From NCBI RefSeq assembly GCF_006345805.1, contig NC_043006.1:45322001-45386000 (forward strand): a stretch of DNA of 64,000 nt, written 5' to 3'. Within the stretch, counting starts at the first letter, position 1, and every line of letters begins with the position of its first letter. Below the pieces are notes generated by a model, which saw only the letters and a program-made list of their open reading frames with translations, did no database searches and was not told where the DNA came from. Below are positions 39,444 to 50,218 of this stretch, in pieces. A program made the position numbers and the translations under genes. This stretch comes from Octopus sinensis. Taxonomy: Eukaryota.

Positions 39444-40224
39444 GTGTAGGAGTGGCTGTGTGGTAAGTAGCTTGCTTACAAACCACATGGTTCTGGGCAT
39501 CTTGGGCAAGTGTCTTCTACTATAGCCTCGAGCCAACCAAAACCTTGTGAGTGGATTTGGTTGACGGAATCTGAAAGAAGCCTGTCGTATATATGTATGT
39601 ATATATATACACTACCGTCAGAAATTAATTAGCACCCTTGATTTGCTCTTCACTCAAGGTATGTGCTGTCACCTAGTGGCCATATCTCGAACTATTGCTT
39701 TGTTGCAAGTTCACTGTTGTGCAGAACGATGACGTAACTTTGTTTGCAGAGCAGTTTGAGAGTCTACAGCCTTATGATGTTGACATAGCAGTGCAACAAC
39801 AACTTGGAGTGTGGATGCAGACAAATCTTCCTTTGTTTAATAGATATAGGTAGCGCCTCGCAAGGACCGAAATCACCATACTAAGTTTTCTCATCGCGTA
39901 AGACGTTTTGAACAGCTCATAGGTTAATTAATTTAACCTATTTAATGTAGAAATTTGAGAAGTGCTAATTAATTTCTGACGCAAGTGTATATATATATAT
40001 ATATATATATGTATGCATGTGTGTGGGTATATGTTTGTCCCCCAACATCGCTTGACAACTGATGCTGGTGTGTTTACGTACCCGTAACTTAGTGATTCAG
40101 CAAATGAGACTGATAGAATAAGTACTAGGCTTACAAAGAAGAAGTTCTGGGGTCAATTTGCTTGACTAAAGGCAGTGCTCCAGCATGGCCACAGTCAAAT
40201 GACTTGAAACGAGTAAAAGAGTAA
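39444..40224 (+). mobile_element. SINE family A interrupted by a Tc1-like MITE
   Basis: The head and CORE-like block lie before 39610; the body and tail lie after 39987. Confidence 0.8.
39610..39987. mobile_element. Tc1/mariner-superfamily MITE, 378 bp, TA target site
   Basis: 26-bp TIRs cactaccgtcagaaattaattagcac / gtgctaattaatttctgacgcaagtg, flanked by TA inside a (TA)n tract. Confidence 0.85.
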
Positions 40225-40849
40225 ATATCAAGTAAGAAAGTGACATATAACAGATTTTATAAAAGCAGAGGGGATTTCCATGTGACCCCAGAAATACAGT
40301 TCAATCCTTTAGCATTCAGATTTGTCTGTCTAATGTAATGCCTACTTATTCTCATTGATTTGAATTAGCCATACATTACCTTGTAGCTTTGAGATTTTAA
40401 TAATATGATTGTTTATTTTCAGAATAATATTGCCGGAGAAGCGCAAGAGGCTGGATCTGACCAGTTTGAAGATGAAACAGGGCTGAATATTTTGGCCAGA
40501 TATGGCCGGTTTAACTTCTTAACATATCATCCCGTATATTTTCACTCAGAGATGTCAAGTAAATATATATTTGGATGAAAATATATGTTTGCTGTACTCT
40601 GAGGTATCTGTCACTTATTTCTAACCCGAAATAATTCATTTATGATGTTATTCCCGTTTTCTATCATTAATGATCAGTAACTATCATTCCTATCAGTAGC
40701 TTCATAATAAATCATAACTGATCCAAAATAATTTGTGTATTTATTCTTCCTTATATTCAAATTCAAAATATATAATATAAAAATATATTTTTTGCATGGG
40801 AATTTTTTTTAATGTGCATGTTAAGAGGATAAATGCTAAAATGTTAAAG

Positions 40850-41348
40850 CAGTGTTTCTCAGCCGGGGTTCCCTGGAACACTATGGTTCAGCAAAAGATT
40901 CCTCGGAGTTCAGCGTGTAAGAGTGAGATAAACTAATGCTAATTTCATGATTGTAATATTACTGTACATACACAACATATTATTGGTTATTCTAATATTA
41001 TAAAATATAGACATCATCCTATCTAACCTATTATGTTATCAAAAATATATAACAACCATATATATATCATCATCATCATCATTTAGCGTTCGTTTTCCAT
41101 GCTAGCATGGGTTGGACGGTTTAACTGGGGTCTGTGAAGCCGGAAGGCTTCATCAGGCCCAGTCAGATTTGGCAGTGTTTCTACAGCTGGATGCCCTTCC
41201 TAACGCCATATATATGATATTTACCACATGAACTACAATGAAAAAAATACGAGAAAGATATGGTATAAAAATTTTTTCTGTGCAGGGGTTCCTTGAGATG
41301 TAATTTATTTTAAGGGCTATGCAATGGCAAAAAGGTTGAGAAATACTA
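40850..41348. mobile_element. hAT (Charlie-like) MITE with nested RTE stub
   Basis: TIRs cagtgtttctcagc / ggttgagaaatacta. The 8-bp flanks tgttaaag / gattaaag match at 6/8. Confidence 0.6.
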
Positions 41349-41384
41349 GATTAAAGGATTACTGGTTGATGTGTGGCAGTAGTC

Positions 41385-41592
41385 TTCAAGGTGGCGAGCT
41401 AGTAGAAATGTTAGCACACTGGGTGAAATGCTTGGCGATATTTCATCTGTCTTTACATTCTGAGTTCAAATTCCGCTGAGGTCAACTTTGCCTTTCATTG
41501 TTCCGGAGTTGATAAATTAAGTACCAGTTGCATACTGGGGTCGATGTAATCAACTGACACCCACTCCCCAAAAATTTTGGGCCTTGTGCCTA
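41385..41592 (+). mobile_element. SINE family B
   Basis: aaggtggcgagctagtagaaatgttagcac...ggccttgtgccta. Confidence 0.75.
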
Positions 41593-42102
41593 CTCCCTTG
41601 GCAGTGGGGGAAGACATAATGGAAGCGTGTGCCTATTATTCAACATTAAACTTAAGGAGAAAAGACAGGCAGACCTCATATGCCTGCCACATAGGATATA
41701 TAAACCTTTATACTAGATTCAACAAGTAATGAATGGTGAAGAAATGCTTATATTCACAGAGAGAGTGAATGAGAGAGAGAGGAAGATACAGATATTTTAT
41801 TGTTTACTCCTGTCAATCACTGGTTTGCAGCCATGCAGGGACATTGTCTCAATAGGTTTTATTGAACCCCCATTGAACAAATTTTATTGTCCAAAATGGA
41901 TACTAGTACTTTTTTTTTTTGTAAAGCCTGGTACTTATTCAATTAGTGTCGTTGACTGAACTGCTAAGTTATGGGGACATAAACAAACCAATGCCAGTTG
42001 CCAAGAGGTGTGGGGGTGATAAACACAAATACACACACATACTCAAATGCACGCACACACTCACACACATGATGGGCTTCCATTTAAAATTCATTCATAA
42101 AG

Positions 42103-42291
42103 TGTATGAGTGGCTGTGTGGTAAGAAGCTTGCTTACAAACCATATGGTTCTGGGTTCAGTCCCATAGTGTGGCACCTTGGGCAAGCGTCTTCTACTATA
42201 GCCTCGGGCCGACCAAAGCCTTGTGAGTGGATTTGGTAGACGGAAACTGTAAGAAGCCCATCGTATATATGTATGTATATATATATATCTA

Positions 42292-42332
<41 letters not shown>

Positions 42333-42546
42333 ATGTGTGTGTATGTCTGTGTGTCCGTGTTTGTCCCTCTCAACATCGCTTGACAACCGATGCTGGTGTG
42401 TTTACGTCCCCATAATGTAGCGGTTCGACAAAAGAGACCGATAGAATATGTACTAGGCTTACAATGAATAAGTCCTGGAGTCAAATAGTTCGACTAAAGG
42501 CAGTGCTCCAGCAAATGACTGAAACAAGTAAAAGAATAAAAGAGTA
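42103..42546 (+). mobile_element. SINE family A
   Basis: Head-to-tail match to family A. Confidence 0.8.
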
Positions 42547-43824
42547 AAGGCATTGGTTTGGACCAACACATAAAGACACACATACACACACAAGGACACA
42601 CACATAAAGACACACATACACACACACACACATAAAGACACACATGCACATACAAAGACACACACATACACACACACACACACACACACATACATACATA
42701 ATGGGCTTCCATCTGCAAATTCACTCACAAGGCATTGATAGGACTGAGGCTGTAGCAGAAAACATTATGTGTTGTGCAGTAGGACTGAATACCAAAGCAT
42801 CCGTTTGCTAAGCAAGCTCCTTAAACACACAGACATACCTGTGCCTTATGGAAACTCTTAGTAGAACTCAGACTCACATCTTCTTGCAGACACCTCTGGG
42901 TAATGACCCCTGTACTAACCTTATTAAGCAAAATTCATGTAGCACACTGGTTATTACGGTAAGGTGTCATCGAGGAGACATCTGTTCAAGTCCCAGGGGC
43001 TTGTCACATTAATATTGACTCTCATACATAAACATTATATCTGCACGTTTAGATATAAAGTGCAAACGTGTCAAAAAGTTCTTAAAGAGAATTAACTAGG
43101 TGTTTCGTACATTGAGATATATGACTTGGGTGTTGCTGTCAGTGAAAAAGAAGAAGAAGAAGAAAAGGTTGACAAATACTGATTTATATCGCAAAATCAT
43201 GAACCAATCAATCTGAATCTATCAAAACAAGACTTCTATGAATTATCTGAAGCTATTGTTACATTTTGTTTGTTTTTTTCTTTGAGGTAGCTTTGGAAGA
43301 TCTTTTTTACCATATATAGTTATATAGTTTTCTCCCTCTCTCTCTAACTTCTTTACTTCTTTTTTCTTTTCTTTCTTTCTTTCTTTCTTTATCGCATTCT
43401 TTCTTTCTTTATTCTTACCAAAGTCTGAAAAAGTGAAAAACTGAGTGTTTGGTATCATCTTCTGGCATCTTGATTTATTCTTTTAATGTTTTAGAATAAT
43501 TGATGTTTATTAATTTAAGATCAAGACAAAATAAACCAATTCATATTCAAGTCTACAAGTAAAATATATCATGTTATCTGTTGATGATAATCATAAGAAC
43601 TACATCACTGACAATATTTATGGAATAGTTAAGCTAAATTGTTGGCAGAAATGGTAGATATATAAAAAAAAGTACTTTAAAAAATATTTCCTTTAATTCC
43701 CTCCCAACTCCAAGAATAAATCCTACCAATAGAAAAATTTTCCTTTCATCCCTCTGAATGAAAGGTAAAGCTGTAAATTACTAATAAAATAATTATCAGT
43801 ATTTTATAGGTTTATTTCATATGT

Positions 43825-44050
43825 TCATTTAAGCCCCTCATTCTGTGTGGAGCAGAGACCAGCAACAACTTCTCTCCACTGTGCTGAACCCTGGGCTGTC
43901 TTTTCTGTTTTGCTCCAGCTGGATCCCTGTTTTTCAGCTGCTGCAGCAAAATCCTATCTCCAGCTATTTTTAGGGCATCCTCTCTTCCACTGCCATTGTG
44001 AGTTCCAGGTCAGAGCCAGACATGTCATTGTGTTTCCCTGAAGGAAGGCC
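43825..44050 (-). mobile_element. RTE-clade LINE ORF C-terminal fragment
   Basis: Minus-strand translation ALTWNSQWQWKRGCPKNSWR*D...KTAQGSAQWREVVAGLCST matches the RTE C-terminal pattern ALxWNPQGKRxRGRPKxTWRR...AQDR..WR..V.GLCS. Confidence 0.75.
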
Positions 44051-45899
44051 TTCTTCTCCCAGGCCTTGTTGGTTTTGAATTGCTATTGATGTTTCTGTAA
44101 ATTTGCATTTTTTCCTATGTAGAGATGATGGACCTATGCAAGCTCAATTTTATTTCTGGTAATAGGTGATCCATATTAGTCTAGCCTCAATCCTTTGACC
44201 TATCTAGCATGGAAGGCCCTGCCAGGAGTTTACATTCTGCTGACATAAATCTCGGAGTCATTGACACACATATGCTAGAAGGTAAAAATCCCTTTGGTCA
44301 TTCATGACCATGGAATTGCACCTAGAAAGCTTCCCTCCGAGACATAAGTCCAGGCAGGGTTGTTTGTGGGGGATCAGCAGTCACCCATGCATACCAGCCT
44401 TCCCTCTCCATGACACCAATGTTATCCAAGGGAAAAGCAAAGGCTGCTACAGCTTGGCACCAGTGACATCATAACTGGTTTCTACAGCTGAATGAACAGG
44501 AGCAACATGAAATAAAGTGTCTTGCTCAAGAACACAACACACAGCCCAGTTCAGGAATTGAACTCTCTACCTGATTATTGTGAGTCCAATGCTCTAACCA
44601 CTGAACTACCATACTGCAATTAGGACTGAACTCTGTGGTGATCATTTCATTTAGAATCACCTGATTATTAGTATGAAAAAAAAAATTCTATGGCAGTCAG
44701 TTGTGGCTCTTCACATTAAGGTCAGATCCTGCAGAGGTCAACTTTGCCTTTTACACTTCTAGGGTTGATAAACAGAAAGCATCAATCAAGAATTGAAGTC
44801 AGTTTAACATTTCTATAATGTATCTGACTAGACATGAATGGAATCATATAAGCAAACCAAAACTAAGACTATACTTCTTTTTCCTCCCAACAAAAGTTGG
44901 CCTTGAGCCTAATCAAAGGAGATCAATAATTATGAAATGGTGACTCACATATGAAAGTAGAGGTAAGCTTCTGGCTGTCAACACCTTGACTTGCTTCTAT
45001 CCCAGCAGAGCTATTTCCACTTTACTTATATGAATAATGTTCTTTCCAAAAAAATCAAAAAATCTTTCCTTTCCTTTCTAAATATGAAACTTTGTATTTG
45101 TGTATAAATAATGATTTATAAGAAAACATTTTTTGAAAAAATAAGATCCCAAGAAAATTTGTGATAGCTTGTAATGATAAAAAAAAAGAAGCAATTTACT
45201 AAAATATATGACATGTTAAATTAGTGTGTTGTGGAAAGAAGAGAATTCTGACATTTGGAGTAGGGCTCTTCTCAAGGTCACATTACTCCTCACAACACAT
45301 AAATTTATTTCATCAATTTTATTAAATCTCTTATAAATCTGAGAGTCAGTTATTGGTGTGTAACCCGAGATCGGTTCTAATCAAGTGGTCCTATGGCGTG
45401 CAGGTAGTTGGCACAACTACTGAATGCGACAATCAATTTATACCAGTTTTTCTAGTTACACCTTACTTCCACATAGCTGAGAACCATTCTAAACACTCTG
45501 GCATGCTGTGATCAATTGTATTTGTTGTAGAGTGACAATCTAAACATATTGCACACTTTCCAGTGTCCAGTCTATTTCTGTATGTCTGTTGATTCTGGCA
45601 CATTGAAGGCTGAGAAAGCTTATTCAATCAGAACGCAACTGTTGCTGCCTTCTACTCTTACTCTTTTATCTTGTTTCGATCAGTTGACTGTGGCCATGCT
45701 GGAGCACCGCCTTTTAGTTGAGCACATCGACCCCAGGACTTCCCTGTAAGCCTAGTACTTATTCTATCGGTCTCTTGCCGAACTGCTAAGTTACGGGGAC
45801 GTAAACACACCCGCATCGGTTGTCAAGCAATGTTGGGGGAACAAACACAGACACACAAACATATACACACACACATACATATATACATATATATATATA

Positions 45900-46333
45900 T
45901 ACTAAGCAATAAAGGGTTTAGCAACGAATTGCCTTACCACATACCGAATTTAGAAATAGCAGTCAAAGAGTTATAGCTATTTCTTCTACTAAAAAGGGAG
46001 ATCTCAGTAAAAACAGCAATTGGAAGGCAGACACAAACAGGTAAGAGAGAATGAATTGACGGCAATCTATCATACAATTTTAAGTTATCTACGGACGTAC
46101 GTTTCGAAATCAAGTTTTTAGGAAAGCATAAGAATTAAATATTAAATAATTCTATCTTACCAAAACTTCTTTTCTCTTCAGCGTAGAATACTATAATCAT
46201 AAATGATTATATATTGAATTTTGAGATACTAGAAGGCACCAACTCAACTCAGTATCAGAGCGAGCTAGAATCCGCAACTAGTATCACCAAATTCAATGTG
46301 TGAATGAAAAGATTGTGTCACCAGCCCCTTCCC
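45900..46333 (-). repeat. Inverted partial copy of the 594-bp HHR unit
   Basis: Reverse complement of the unit sequence; contains an intact HHR at 46088-46187. Confidence 0.92.
46088..46187 (-). ncRNA. Type I hammerhead ribozyme (inverted copy)
   Basis: Minus strand: TCTACG-CTGAAGA-GAAA...TTTC-GAAACGTACGTC-CGTAGA. Confidence 0.88.
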
Positions 46334-46366
46334 CCTTCAATATATAATCATTTATGATTATAGTAT

Positions 46367-46464
46367 TCTACGCTGAGAGAAAAGAAGTTTTGGTAAGATA
46401 GAATTATTAATATTTAATTCTTATGCTTTCCTAAAAACTTGATTTCGAAACGTACGTCCGTAGA
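46367..46464 (+). ncRNA. Type I hammerhead ribozyme, copy 1 (1-nt deletion in core)
   Basis: The core reads CTGAGAG instead of CTGAAGAG; the stems are otherwise present. This may be a real mutation or a sequencing error. Confidence 0.65.
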
Positions 46465-46957
46465 TAACTTAAAATTGTATGATAGATTGCCGTCAATTCA
46501 TTCTCTCTTACCTGTTTGTGTCTGCCTTCCAATTGCTGTTTTTACTGAGATCTCCCTTTTTAGTAGAAGAAATAGCTATAACTCTTTGACTGCTATTTCT
46601 AAATTCGGTATGTGGTAAGGCAATTCGTTGCTAAACCCTTTATTGCTTAGTATTACTTAAATTTTCCTCGAATGAGGCTTTTACATGCCAAAGACTACTT
46701 GGTGTAATTGATAATTATTCCAAATTAATTAATTTCACCCTTCATTATTACGGATAGCCATATTTTATCTCAGTAGATGACCACAGCATCTTGTTTTGGC
46801 TACACGCGGGTGGGAAGAGGCTGGTGACACAATCTTTTCATTCACACATTGAATTTGGTGATACTAGTTGCGGATTCTAGCTCGCTCTGATACTGAGTTG
46901 AGTTGGTGCCTTCTAGTATCTCAAAATTCAATATATAATCATCTATGATTATAGTAT

Positions 46958-47057
46958 TCTACGCTGAAGAGAAAAGAAGTTTTGGTAAGATAGAATTATT
47001 TAATATTTAATTCTTATGCTTTCCTAAAAACTTGATTTCGAAACGTACGTCCGTAGA
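46958..47057 (+). ncRNA. Type I hammerhead ribozyme, copy 2 (intact)
   Basis: Stem I TCTACG/CGTAGA; core CTGAAGA; long stem II opening GAAA/TTTC; GAAA; palindromic stem III ACGTACGT; GUC cleavage site after 47051. Confidence 0.9.
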
Positions 47058-47551
47058 TAACTTAAAATTGTATGATAGATTGCCGTCAATTCATTCTCTC
47101 TTACCTGTTTGTGTCTGCCTTCCAATTGCTGTTTTTACTGAGATCTCCCTTTTTAGTAGAAGAAATAGCTATAACTCTTTGACTGCTATTTCTAAATTCG
47201 GTATGTGGTAAGGCAATTCGTTGCTAAACCCTTTATTGCTTAGTATTACTTAAATTTTCCTCGAATGAGGCTTTTACATGCCGAAGACTACTTGGTGTAA
47301 TTGATAATTATTCCAAATTAATTAATTTCACCCTTCATTATTACGGATAACCATATTTTATCTCAGTAGATGACCACAGCATCTTGTTTTGGCTACACGC
47401 GGGTGGGAAGGGGCTGGTGACACAATCTTTTTAATTCACACATTGAATTTGGTGATACTAGTTGCGGATTCTAGCTCGCTCTGATACTGAGTTGAGTTGG
47501 TGCCTTCTAGTATCTCAAAATTCAATATATAATCATTTATGATTATAGTAT

Positions 47552-47651
47552 TCTACGCTGAAGAGAAAAGAAGTTTTGGTAAGATAGAATTATTTAATAT
47601 TTAATTCTTATGCTTTCCTAAAAACTTGATTTCGAAACGTACGTCCGTAGA
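47552..47651 (+). ncRNA. Type I hammerhead ribozyme, copy 3 (intact)
   Basis: Same structure as copy 2; predicted cleavage after 47645. Confidence 0.9.
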
Positions 47652-48457
47652 TAACTTAAAATTGTATGATAGATTGCCGTCAATTCATTCTCTCTTACCT
47701 GTTTGTGTCTGCCTTCCAATTGCTGTTTTTACTGAGATCTCCCTTTTTAGTAGAAGAAATAGCTATAACTCTTTGACTGCTATTTCTAAATTCGGTATGT
47801 GGTAAGGCAATTCGTTGCTAAACCCTTTTTGCTTAGTATTACTTAAATTTTCCTCGAATGAGGCTTTTACATGCCGAAGACTACTTGGTGTAATTGATAA
47901 TTATTCCAAATTAATTAATTTCACCCTTCATTATTACGGATAACTATATATATATATATATATATAAATATATATATACATACATACATACGATGGGCTT
48001 CTTTTAGTTTCCGTCTACCAAATCCACTCACAAGGCTTTGGTCAGCCCGAGGCTATAGTAGAAGACACTTGCCCAAGGTGCCATGCAGTGGGACTGAACC
48101 CGGAAAAATGTGGTTGGTAAGCAAGCTTCTTACCACACAGCCACTCCTACGTCTATAATGGTGGTGCATATTCCAACATTGTGCATGAAGCTAGTCAGGC
48201 TATTGTTGCAGCTGTTACTGTGTGTAAGCATTCTTTATGCTCGTCTGGGCTAAGTGGCAGAGATAATGATTTTAAGTTGTTGTTGTTGTAGTGTTTGAGG
48301 GTATTGCATACAGGTTTGAAAATTATTTTCCATGTAGTGACAGTGACTGTGAGAGTTGTATTTTGCTATGAATAAGTTTGCATGTCATTGTGAGACAAGA
48401 ATTCTAACATTTGAGGCAAGGCCTTGCTGATACTGAGAGCCATTATTTCCTTTAGAT

Positions 48458-49284
48458 CAGGCTTTTCAACCATTTTTTACATATGGACCCCTTTGATTAC
48501 TGTTTTATTCTGGTGGACCCCCAAAGTCATTCAACATTCGAAAACTAGTTTTATAAAAAAACTTCTTTCAAAATTCCTATTTTGTTTTTCATACATTAAC
48601 TTTTGTAGGTTGAACTATGTAAAATATTAGAGAAAGAAACCTAGCTGTTTCTTGCAATACTACTGACTGACTTGACAGCATTCACCTGGGGTGGGTTGAG
48701 CTGGCTTCATTCATTCTCAATGCTGCATCTCTCATAAACGCCGACCAGGCCTGGCGATTTGAGGCAAACAACCACGTGATCTCCAACCACTCCTTATTCT
48801 AGCGGCGAACGCCGTAGATATGGGGGCCTAGGTTGGGTTCCAGATCAGCCTTGACTGTCATCAGCCAGGTTTTTCGTTGTCCACCACATTGCTTTCGCCA
48901 ACCCTGAATTAACAAATCGGTTTTAACGGGCTCGAAGTCCCTCAATCTGCTTCCTCAGATGAAGTCTGGCAAACAGTCAAACACAATCTTCAATCCATGA
49001 TGTCCACAACACTCGGCACTACTAAGCAAAAAAACAAAGATTAGATCTCGGGCCGAACAATCGAAATTGCTGAAAAAGTGAAACAAGCTTGATGCAACCA
49101 ATCCGATACCTTCAGACAACTGCGCCGTGAAGCTGCAATACTACCAATATACACATAAAAACAAAAATTTTCAGGGGCCCTCAAAATAAAGTTGTGGATC
49201 CTCAATTTACTATTTTCTTGTATGGACCCCAAAAAACTTATGTGGACCTTCAGGGGCCATATGAACCCAAGTTGAGAACCACTG
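48458..49284. mobile_element. hAT-Charlie-like MITE with 8-bp TSD and nested RTE fragment
   Basis: TIRs caggcttttcaacc / agttgagaaccactg. TSD ctttagat (48450-48457) / ctttagac (49285-49292). Confidence 0.75.
48661..49150 (-). mobile_element. RTE-clade LINE 3' fragment (different family from 58925-60290)
   Basis: Minus-strand translation GWRKQCGGQRKTWLMTVKADLEPNLGPHIYGVRR*NKEW...ASNRQAWSAFMRDA...STHPR*, followed by a (CAGT)n tail. This is an RTE C-terminal pattern; the 5' boundary is approximate. Confidence 0.75.
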
Positions 49285-49430
49285 CTTTAGACACTGGTTT
49301 ATATTTCCTTCTTTCTTTTCACTGTCACCCACCACCACCACCACCACCACTTGTGACTGCCTTCTCAAGCTCAATGTGATTGTCATAGATTTTTTTTATT
49401 GGAAAATACAGAGGTGGTTTTCAATTAAGT

Positions 49431-50218
49431 TATGGCAAACACCCACAAGTGAGAAGTGGACTGTTCCACAACTGTTAAATAGTGGACAGACACAGCAAGC
49501 AGTGTCAGTTAGCGAGGTGCGCTGTTTGAGCCAGTCATGCAGACGACAAAGTTACGTTGTCATAATGCGGGGTATATCAGTGGCAATGAGAAGTCGAACT
49601 ACACAAAGTGGCAGATAAGACTAACACAGAACTAAACTACACACAGTGATAAATAATATACACACAGTGAAAGATATATAAATTCTATTGAAAAAAGATT
49701 CTGAAGAAAAAATTGTCTGATAAACCTGGAACTCTAATGCAGAACTGAACTACACACAGTGAAAAATAATATAATTCCATTTGTAGAATTTCTGTCAGAT
49801 TGCTGTGTTAGTAGTGCTACCAGTAAACAATGTAGACTGGTACTACCTGCAGCGTTCTGAAGAGAAAAATAATTGTGTGTGGAAGAAAAAGTAATAATAA
49901 TAATAAGTCCGTGTGAAGGATTTTAGTTAGGTCACTATATGTTAGTAGCACTACCAGTAAACGATGTAGACTGGTACTACTAATTCTGTGTGGAAGAAAA
50001 AGAAATGAAGAAAAATAAATAATAATGCTGTGTGAAAGAAGGAAAAAAAATCTCAAAAGGAGTAGGGATTGTGGTGGACACCCCCAAGTGAGAAGTGGCC
50101 TGTTCCACTACTGTTAAACAGTGGACAAACATAGCAAGCAGTGTCAGTCAGTGGGGTGTGGTGTTCGGACCAGTCACGCAGACGATGAAGTTATGTCTTC
50201 ATAATGCAGGACATATCA
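49431..50218 (+). mobile_element. Small non-autonomous LTR retroelement (TRIM-like)
   Basis: Two diverged 149-bp direct repeats (49431-49579 and 50070-50218) both end in ATATCA; the right one starts TGTGG. A PBS-like TGGCAATGAG lies 1 nt after the 5' LTR, and a purine tract aaaaggagtaggga lies just before the 3' LTR. No TSD is evident. Confidence 0.65.

Larger units (their letters stand above)
46336..47944 (+). repeat. Tandem array (~2.7 copies) of a ~594-bp non-coding unit, each copy with an HHR (retrozyme-like / Penelope pseudo-LTR array)
   Basis: HHR cores start at 46373, 46964 and 47558 (spacing 591 and 594). The units are nearly identical, and the supplied track has no ORF of 60 aa or more here. 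Confidence 0.92.
45653..48155 (-). mobile_element. SINE family A split by the HHR array inserted into its internal (TA)n tract
   Basis: The 3' half lies at 45653-45900 and the 5' half (CORE-like block and head) at ~47990-48155, in the same orientation. Confidence 0.85.

Noticed and set aside
46336-47944. Regularly spaced repeats considered as a CRISPR-like array
   Set aside because: The whole 594-bp unit repeats with no unique spacers, the context is eukaryotic and there are no cas genes.
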